From Eledone cirrhosa (lineage: Eukaryota), in contig OZ024746.1 in assembly GCA_964016885.1 (NCBI GenBank), positions 20,150,001 through 20,214,000 of the forward strand: a stretch of 64,000 bases of DNA, written 5' to 3'. Shown here in pieces: positions 54,542-64,000 of this stretch (position 1 is the first letter of the stretch; each line of letters begins with the position of its first letter). The position numbers and the translations under genes were made by a program. The notes beneath the pieces are model-generated. The model saw only the letters and a program-made list of their open reading frames with translations. It did no database searches and had not been told where the DNA came from.

Positions 54542-55487
54542 GCATACACACACATATATATATATACATACACACACACACATATATATATATATCATAT
54601 ATATATATATATATATATGATATACATACATACATACATACATACATACATACATACATACATACATACATACATACATACATACATACATACATACATA
54701 CATACATACATACATACGGATGTATCTCGTTACTTATATCAAATATGAAATTGTCGTGAATTATTATTAATAATAATAAAAACTTACAAGATGGCTACTT
54801 AGAAAATATTCATAATTTTTGTGAATGAGTGATAAAGTTATTAACACATAAGAAGAGAAAAAGACCGGAAAAGATTGAATACTAAAAGAAATCGTGAAAC
54901 ACTAAGCTATTTCATAATAAATATTCATGGGAAATAAAGGAATCTTTCTTTTTATAAATTCAGAGATGAATTATATATGTCAAAAAACATTCTTGAAAAT
55001 TATACGTTGTCGTATATTTTTTCTTTCTTTTAGAATAACAAAATTAAGCGTTAATTATATTAGTACACATTTTCATACTAAGTTGAACCATAGAAACTGA
55101 GCGATTAATTCATGGGTCAAAATGAATTAAAGTTCACTTCCATCAAGTAAATTGATGACATTCAGAAATAAATCTAATGTAACAAAAGTGCCTTATATTA
55201 TAGTAGAAAAACATCGTTGTGTGAATTATATGTAGAATTATCAAGTTTAAAATATATGTACGTTTGTATACGGCAGGAAATAGGCAGCCATATCAATGTG
55301 TATATGGCGTATAAATAAAAAGCTGACAGAACAACCAGAAAATCGTTCTTAGCATTCGATTGAAAGCTCTAACACTCTTCTCCTACTATATCAAGCATTT
55401 ACACTAATATATTTTTTCACTGTACTGTATTGTTTGGCTTTTTGTTTCCGTTAACTTACACACATACACACATCTCTCCATCTCTCT

Positions 55488-55529
55488 TAACTTTCGAAAA
55501 TCATGATACTTGTGAAACCGGTAAAGTTA
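55488..55529 (+). ncRNA. Degenerate hammerhead motif (U3-A8, U4C)
   Basis: taactt TCGAAAA tcatgatacttgt GAAA ccggT A aagtta. Confidence 0.5.
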
Positions 55530-55630
55530 TAAGTTATTGTAAATAAACATTCTTAAAGACTCCAGTTGCGTTTTCAACTTCTTTTTCCCATAGTTTTACC
55601 TGTGTGGGATATAGTAAAAACCTTGCTTTC

Positions 55631-55688
<58 letters not shown>

Positions 55689-55949
55689 TGTTATACTTGG
55701 GGAGGGTCATATTGTTGTAATAATATTGCCAGAAGTAATAACAGAACACATTCACTGTTTGGTTGGTTTTCGTTTCTGTATCTTTTATATATCCATAGTT
55801 AATTCGGCAATCAATGTTTATCATTGATTTACCAACGGTCAAAAATACAGATATAAATACATATAGTCTAACAAAGTTCTTTCGTTGCACATTTGCAACA
55901 TCATCAGTGGTACTATTATGTTTCCTCCTGTTGTATTGTATGTCTACGT

Positions 55950-56024
<75 letters not shown>

Positions 56025-56154
56025 TTTTCCCGTCTCCGTGGTTTATATGCCCAACTTAGATTATTTTTCATAGTCAAACAACGTTGATGTTTCTAACTTT
56101 CAAGTTCAGTAAACCTATTGTTCAACAGTTCTAAAATCAGATTTCTTATATATA

Positions 56155-56643
56155 TCTATATATATAAAGTTGTATTCCTGTCTGTTTGTTTGTTCACAAA
56201 CTCCTCATATGGTTTTAGAGATAGACTCCCATAACCATATATATTCTGAAACTACATTGCCCAGGGTACTTGGATAAGTATATTTCATTTTAATCAAAGG
56301 GTTCCCGGGGGCACAAACCGGGTGCTGAAAACTGTTTCACTTCGATTTATATGAAACTTAAACCATAGGTAAATGACAAGATAGGATGCCTATTCACAAA
56401 ATTTTTGAATTGATATTTTGAAAAAAATTATTTACAAGAAACAAAATAAGAATAAGATTTAATAATGTCATTTTGATTTGATATATTACAAAAAAATTAT
56501 GTTTTCCAATGTTTCATGCATTACATTTTACATTGAGTAATATTGAAATGCAGAGTTTTTCTCCATAAATTATGTCACTGATTTAAAATCAATCATCATT
56601 TTCTTACAAAAGAAATGTGTGAAGCGCAGCAAGGCGCGGCTAG
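56155..56643 (+). mobile_element. Non-autonomous Helitron
   Basis: A|TCTATATATATAAAG...ctgtctgtttgtttg ... gcgc-agcaag-gcgc hairpin, ggCTAG|T. Confidence 0.75.
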
Positions 56644-56808
56644 TATATATATATATATATATATATATATTTGGAAACTCTGCTTCGTAGAATCGAGACG
56701 TATCTGAGGACCTTGCGATTTCAGAGTCAGGTTCGATCATTACAGAGAAACGATTGTAATATGTCTAATAAATTTTATTCGTCGCAACACTGATTCTCCG
56801 TTTCTTAT

Positions 56809-56888
<80 letters not shown>

Positions 56889-57514
56889 TATATGTGTGTG
56901 TGTGTGTGTGTCGGTGGGGTAGGGTGACTGTAAAGGTGTATAATTGTATTTATATTATAATGAATTGTAAGGAAGTCGACAAAGAAACAATCCATACGGA
57001 AAAAATGCGGACGAATAGTGAACGATATAGTTATTGAAAGAGAAATTCAGGTGTAAAAAAAAACAAGCTTTGAATTAAAGTTTATGTTAAAAGTGATGGC
57101 AATAACCTAGTGAGAGAGAAATACTTACACTCTATATCAGAAATACAAGAAACTCTTATCAATGGAGCAATGCTTTTGTCTTGGAACCATATTCCGATTT
57201 GAATGCAATCTTGCCCAAGACACAGCCCTCATGGACAAGTTCTCCCAAGACGCTTCATCATCATCATTATCATCATCATTGTCATCGCCTACCTCATACA
57301 TCATCTCCTCTTTGTTGTTGTTTTTTGTTATGCTAACACCGTAGAATGTTGTTTCGTCTCAGATCAACTCTGCTTGATCAGATAAACATGATAAAATGCT
57401 TGTTTGTTTTTTCACTATCATCCAACTTTTACCGATATAATAAGACTACGTTATTCAATGACTGTCGTTTTTAAGGTGGTAAGGATTAATTTTAAGGAGA
57501 TTTGTTAGTGTCAT

Positions 57515-57838
57515 GTCAGGCTACTGGTACCATGTAACCCACTACAACTGGCTTCATGTTTGAGTGGTCAGCGACTAAACCGGCTCCCCCTCCTGACCCT
57601 AATCTGGCGAGGAGGGTTAGTGGAACCCCAGCAGCACAAAAAACAAGAACTGTTAAAAAAGCAAATGAACTCCTCAGAATCAACGACCATCCATCCACCC
57701 TTATTAACCCGCAATTGGCCAAGCATGGTGAATACGGCTATACCCCTGAAGACATCACCCAAACCACGTAGAAAACGGTAGAAGTCAACCAGGGAGGGGT
57801 TCCTCCAACAGGAGTTTGAAAGCCCCTGGATTGGATTG
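57515..57838 (+). mobile_element. RTE 5'UTR-like dispersed repeat
   Basis: Collinear similarity with 24925-25275. Confidence 0.6.
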
Positions 57839-58784
57839 TTCGATATTTCTTATCATTTGAGAATTCCATAAGCTTGCAATATCTGTTCCTACTTCAGCTC
57901 TTTTATTTCACATAGCCAATAGGTGAAAGATGAAGAAGCTCTGACAAGCTGAAATTCTCTTCGATATACAAATCGTAGATGAACTCTTTAATGGTGATTC
58001 TCTGACCGTTGGAGTGTTTTGACCTTTTCAAATTAAATGTGGAAATTAAGTTATACTTGTCACCAATACAGACTAGACTTCCTGATGCGCGACATCAGGT
58101 TATCTAGGTGGATAGTTTGGAGGGTTTAAAATTGAGAGATAACGAGAGAATGTGGAACATAGCCTATTATGTAATGGGGCCGTAGTCGCTGCTGATAATA
58201 ACTTTATTAGCTTTATTATATAAAAAACTACGTAATATGACAACTGCAGATTGATAACGGGTCTTCCCCATTTGGTAGCTGTTGCGGTCCTATTTAGTTT
58301 GCCTAGACTGGGAAGGTGGGCGGTCCTCGTTCGATTTGCCGAGTTTGGAGGGCGGGCTGTGATTTAGTTTAGCAGGGGTCATGAGTGCAGGCTGGTGTTC
58401 GGTTTAAAGTGTTTGCTAAGTGTTTTGTGAACTGATTGGAGCAATAACAGTCTTATTTACGTATGTAAATCCTTTCCAAAAATTTGTTTATTTTTCTCAT
58501 CATAAAAGTGAAATTTATAAAGTAGAAAACTTAAGTCTTACTCAAAACGCACATGGTCGTACATGTATACATACAAACTTACATATTTATTAATTTTCAT
58601 CCCCCGTATGAAACACGGATAAACAATATATCAAACTAAATGTAGATATGGCAATCACAAAAAATACTTTTCATTTTGTGGATTAAATAGTTTTAGTTTC
58701 TTCATATGGCGCCAGATATCTATCTAACTTTTCATCGGGAATAAGACTTTGCTCTGATAAACACTGCCCCTTAATAATAATAAC

Positions 58785-58830
<46 letters not shown>

Positions 58831-59481
58831 TAAACACACCACAGTGTTGTTGTATTGTGTAGATGTGTATGTATATTGAAACTAGTATTGCATTCTTGAT
58901 AAAGCACAAACAAAATACAGTTACAGTTCTTAGATTTACTGTACGGTCACAATGAATTAGTTCATTTCAATCCTAACGCATGGTGACATACAGAAATGAA
59001 TTTTGGAAACCACATTATATCTCACAAATGGGATACTGTCTGTAGGTCGTGTGTGGCAAAAACAATATTTTTGGCATATTCATGTTTGTGGCTTGTGTGT
59101 GTAACGTCTCCCTCATGTGTGATTATGTAATTATAAGATTTTGTAATAAATTGCAAAGAATGCGTTAATTAGAAAAATATCTGTAAATGTTGACCTAACA
59201 TACCAACTAAAGTGGTTTTCAAACTGTGCAGATTACTTTATTATTTCCTTCAATATGAAATTATTTCTTTAAAAAATCGAGGAGTGGCAGAATTAGTAAC
59301 GAGCCGAACTAAAGGCGTTACAGGTTTATTATTCTCAACATTTTAGTTCAAAGCCTGCTGGGTGTGTATTTAGCTTTTCTTGGGTCGATAAAAATACTCA
59401 TTCGACTGAATCTCAACTTATATATTTATAGCATTACCTTAATGTCAGTAATTAATGTTTAAATGTGTATCTATATGTATG

Positions 59482-59568
<87 letters not shown>

Positions 59569-59613
59569 GAAAAAGAAGTTGAAAATGCAATTGAAGTGTT
59601 TAGGGTTTATTTA

Positions 59614-59646
59614 TAACTTAACCGGTTTCATGATTTTCAAAAGTTA
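59614..59646 (-). ncRNA. Hammerhead motif (U3-A8) with stem II collapsed
   Basis: taactt TTGAAAA tcat GAAA ccggT T aagtta; flanks homologous to 55470-55590. Confidence 0.5.
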
Positions 59647-59814
59647 AGAGCGATAGGGAGATGTGTGGGCTATGCTGACTTGTAACTTATATCTAAGTTT
59701 GTTAACCCAGTCCCTTAACGACTCCGACAATTCGCGGCCCATAAAGAAAATGTATTAAAAATTTTGATATTTATCCTGGCTCAGACGAGAGCTGTCTATG
59801 TGCATGGTATGGTA

Positions 59815-60153
59815 TAAGCCCGTAACTCCTGAGGGAGTCGTAGGGGCGCCATGTTGACATAGTCGTTTCTTAGAGCATTTTTAAACCGGACAGAACCCAT
59901 CTCCTCTCCAGGTCTGAATGCAGCAGATTTCTTCCAAGGGAGGATAGAGAGTGAGAGACTGGAAGTGAGAGATATATATATATATATATATATATAGAAG
60001 AAGAATCGACCCCAGTACTAGACTGATACTTTTTTTATCGACTTTGAATGGATGAAAGGCAAAGTTGACCTCGGTTGGATTTGAACTGAGAGATCTAAGA
60101 GCCGGAACGAATACCGCAAAGCACTCTATCCGACAATCTGACGACTCTGCCAA
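59815..60153 (-). mobile_element. Long-tailed SINE
   Basis: Head, core and tail shared with 24520-24826. Confidence 0.8.
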
Positions 60154-61010
60154 TATATGGAATTCAAGTTCCGCTTCCTTCTGCCATGAGTTGTGACCAA
60201 TAGATAACATCAGCAAAGGAAAGATCAATGGAAACATTGTTTCTTTGGTCCGATCTGACGATCGACTCCTTTCGTTTCCATATCAATTTAACTTGCATAC
60301 AAATAATACCCCTATAGTTAAACATAAATATATGTCCTATCATATTTGACTACTGATAATCAATTGTGTATATGTGATTAACCCTGATGAATATTGACTT
60401 GGAGAAAGTGTGGTTGTGTAATGTGTTCAGGATTTTGTCAAAGGTGTTTGGGCTCGGATAAAATAAAATTGTTATAAAAAAAAGAATTGAAAGTGTAAAA
60501 TTATTAGAATCAGTATAGTGATATATGTAATAAAAGACTGATAAGTATTTCAGAAAGCCGGTACAATGCGGTAGAAATATATAATGGGCGAAGGGTGCCA
60601 AATAAAACAAAACAAAATAATGTTTTACACAATATATTTAAACATATTTCAGAGCTATAACCCTCTTTTCAAATGTGAAGCAGAAATTGTTCAAAACAAA
60701 AACAAATGATCGATGTGTTTTTCCTTAATTGGCATACGTGTCTGAAATACGGATGCGTGAAATCATTATGGTATTTTGGCTTGATGAAGATAACAAGCGT
60801 TTGAAAACAAGATACTATATTTAGAGCTGTTTAAGTTGGGTGGATGGGGATATGAGACAGATTGACAGGGAATAAGCCCCACATTGTTGAATGATTTAGG
60901 TAAGAGTGGAGAGGAAGGTTTCTTTGCGATAAACAGATTTACAGATGTATATATTCAGACACATACACGTGTGTGTGTGTGTGTGTATCACTCTCTTTCT
61001 CTATCTCTCT

Positions 61011-61095
<85 letters not shown>

Positions 61096-61099
61096 ATAT

Positions 61100-61733
61100 A
61101 GGGGTTTTCTCACCTTAGAATCTCACATGTGCTTTCATAACCTGCGAGATTCTGGCGCAAGAAGAACAAAAACCTTTTGAGAAAGCGATGCCTTGTTCGA
61201 TCATTATACCAAAAGCTTATTTTTTATAAGCAGACAGTATTATTGATTTAGGTGTTTTGGGCGGTGAATTGGCAGTATCGGTAGAGGGTTGGATTATGCT
61301 TTCCAGCATAGTTACGTCCCTTTACGATCTGAGTTCAATTCCCACCGAGGTTAACTTTGCCTTTCATCCTTACGGGGTCGATAAAATAAAGTACCAGTAA
61401 AGTACTGGGATAATTGGTGGCCTTGTGCCAAAAAGTAGAAACAATTATTGATTTAGGTGTTGCAGAAACCCAATTTCGGAGTATTCCATCTTCCCCGAGG
61501 GTCCGGGTAACTATTCCAATCATATCTCATTTTATTTGACCCGTTTAGCTTGTTCGCTTTTTGGGCTATGGTGGTTAATGGCTTCTTACCCATCGTCTCA
61601 GCGTGTATGACCATTTTAACTTATGTTTATAGCTTTGGTATCTTCTTCATATGCATGGAGCGCTTGTCTGCACAATATGGAAGTTGCGTTTCGCTAATTT
61701 CTACTCGCCGAAATGCGATTCTCGCTAAATTTA

Positions 61734-61735
<2 letters not shown>
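61100..61735 (-). mobile_element. Repeat family X interrupted by a SINE
   Basis: Reverse complement shares gagaatcgcatttcgg and ctgagacgatgg with 48505-48702; (TA)n on both sides. Confidence 0.55.
61257..61443 (+). mobile_element. Full-length SINE family A with 18-bp target site duplication
   Basis: attattgatttaggtgtt at 61239-61256 and 61444-61461; A and B boxes present. Confidence 0.92.
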
Positions 61736-61802
<67 letters not shown>

Positions 61803-61899
61803 CATATACATATATATATGTATTTATAGATATATTATACATATATGTATATATATACATATATATGTGTATGTGTGTGTGTGTATACATGAATTATTT

Positions 61900-62130
61900 A
61901 TCCCTTAGGTCTGTCTTAGAGCAAGCACCCAGACATAACATTCTTGCATAACATTGGTGAGGATATGAATGTAAAATTAAAGCCTGATGATGTTAAATTC
62001 ACATTCAATGTCCACACAAACATAAATTGGGGAATTCTTTCAGATCTAATGGAGGAATACAACCTTTTCTCTGTCAATAATAACTTTATGAAACCAAAAA
62101 TAAATTGTGGATATTTGAATATCTTCTCAG
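61900..62130 (+). pseudogene. LINE AP-endonuclease remnant (RTE-like)
   Basis: LEQAPRHN..DMNVKL...TN.N..IL.DLMEEYNL..N..FMKPK..LW. Confidence 0.65.
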
Positions 62131-62257
62131 CTAGATTATCTCCTTTTTCGCGACAGAAGCAACAACAGCAAAAACAGCAACAACAAGAATTTCACAAATC
62201 ATCTGATAAAGCAGAAGACCGAACTATTCTACGTTCGCCTAGCATTGAATCCGAGAT

Positions 62258-62354
62258 TTGTTGTTGCTGTTTTTGCTGTTGTTGCTGCTGTTGTTGCTGC
62301 TGTTGTTGCTGCTGCTGCTTTAGTTGTTATCGCTATTGTTGTTGTTGCTGCTGC

Positions 62355-62442
<88 letters not shown>

Positions 62443-62481
62443 GATGATGATGATAATGTTGCTGTTGTTGCTGCTGCTGTT
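62258..62481. repeat. (GTT/GCT)n tract
   Basis: Directly visible. Confidence 0.95.
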
Positions 62482-62654
62482 TGGCCAATGATCAAATGCG
62501 TATATTTCAGTGGACACTCAGCGCCAGGACCGCTGCATCTCCACTGAATAATCATATTACCGGGAATAAATTATAATAGGGACTTAAATCGCTGCCATGC
62601 TAAATGCATAGAAGCCTTCCCAATTAGTTCGACTTTGTTGTACACAAAACTGTT

Positions 62655-62801
62655 TAATAATTGTTTCTACTTTAGGCACAAGGCCAACAATTACCCAGTG
62701 CATTACTGGTACTTTATTTTATCGACCCCGTAAGGATGAAAGGCAAAGTCAACCTCGGCGGGATTTGAACTCAGATCGTAAAGGGACGTAACTATGCTGG
62801 A
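62655..62801 (-). mobile_element. SINE family A
   Basis: Core and B-box. Confidence 0.88.
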
Positions 62802-63240
62802 ACAAGTTCGAAAAATACGTTTTAAGACAGATCAAAGAAATCTAAGAGGTTTGACAATTTAACAGAAAAAAAAGTTTAAAAAACAAAAACAACCTTCATT
62901 TCAGTGTTTTACTCAAGAAAACAACATACAACCTCGTCTACGAATCAAACCCATGGCATGAAGAGGTTAGACCAAACATCCTCAGCACTAGGCCATGTTC
63001 CTCCGCAGAAAACATTGTAACGCTCTAATTTAAATGCATGGCCGAAACAACAAAATGGCTGCAGTGGATTTGAACACATTGCATATGAACTGGTACACTA
63101 TCATAACCACGAGGTCATTTTTATTCTTCACTGTCTTGCATTGTTTTAAGAAATTCTTCTAAGAAATATCTAGTATTGAAAGAAATGATTATTAGATGGC
63201 GTCATCTGTTTCTACTTTATGGAAACCATTTTTTTAAATA

Positions 63241-63452
63241 CAAGGTGTTTCAAAAAAATTAGATATCATTTCTAATGTAGGTATAGTAGAAATCATTCAG
63301 GAAATCCAAATACCTTTGAATTTTTCATTCAGATTTTGAGGAATAAATCTTACGTTGCTCAAAATTAAACTTGCTTAGTCTCGTTGTCTTAAACTTTGTA
63401 GTTTCTGGGATATTTACATCTCAAATAATATTCATTTTTGTGAAACACCTTG
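63241..63452. mobile_element. Tc1/mariner-type MITE
   Basis: TA|caaggtgtttca ... tgaaacaccttg|TA terminal inverted repeats. Confidence 0.75.
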
Positions 63453-64000
63453 TATTTGAATAGTCGGTGATTTAAAACCGCATTTTAAAGAAAATGGTTA
63501 AGTTGTATGAGTAATAAACAAGCGGTTGGTGATCAAGTTGAGATAACTATTAATAGTCTGAATCAGTGAAACATTTGCGCTGCGCCAGGACTAAATAGCA
63601 AAAGCATTTGAATACGAGTAATGTTGCACCAAATAGAACAGAGCTTTTCTTAATGGTGTGTGGGTGTAGGTTGTACTGAAACGATAGATGTGTGCTTTAA
63701 TTCTTAAATGTCCAAATACCGGCCATTCTTGACTCTCTGATTACAACAATTACGTATCGTTGACAAAAATATTTTCCAGCTGCGAATCATTTGAGAAGTT
63801 CAGATATATATTCAATACTAAACCATTAAGCGGCAATGTCTAGTATTGATTTGTTTGTTGTTAAGGCTGTCTTTTTTGCTGTTTTTACTTGACAAAGTTA
63901 AAACATATTGCCATCTATTTTCTTTTCCCCTCTCTCTCTGTACACGTTATATACATACATAGGCACACGTATTTATAGGTGTATGTGTGTTTTTGTGTAC

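Noticed and set aside
53155-54579. 474-aa ORF as an intact reverse transcriptase gene
   Set aside because: N-terminus is microsatellite, the QGSVLG motif is deleted, and the C-terminus reads into an unrelated hammerhead-bearing repeat
56670-56770. CTGAGGA and GAAAC..GTC motifs suggesting a hammerhead
   Set aside because: The CUGAGGA lies between the two stem III strands; topology is incompatible and stem I is absent
61257-61345. tRNA genes at A/B-box motifs
   Set aside because: No cloverleaf evident; the boxes continue into a shared SINE body and tail

Overview
AT-rich eukaryotic non-coding DNA, almost entirely repeats. The SINE families and the (TA)n/(CA)n/(TACA)n density suggest an octopod cephalopod; this is inference. 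No intact host gene is visible, only one possible 69-nt internal exon at 24150-24218. Nearly all ORF-track entries are microsatellite artefacts. Recognisable content: two tRNA-headed SINE families in many copies; decayed non-LTR retrotransposon fragments (CRE, CR1/L2, RTE, R4/Dong, probable Tx1); a tandem RTE-derived non-autonomous element; a head-to-tail Helitron array; MITEs; and a 10.6-kb 27-bp satellite with traceable block duplications. The most interesting signal is a set of short microsatellite-embedded elements carrying type I hammerhead ribozyme motifs (Penelope-like/retrozyme type). These include a canonical trio at 19.05-19.49 kb and a recurring variant with a U3-A8 core (UUGAAAA) plus a palindromic ACCGGU stem III. 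All calls were made by eye; boundaries are approximate unless the motif is quoted.
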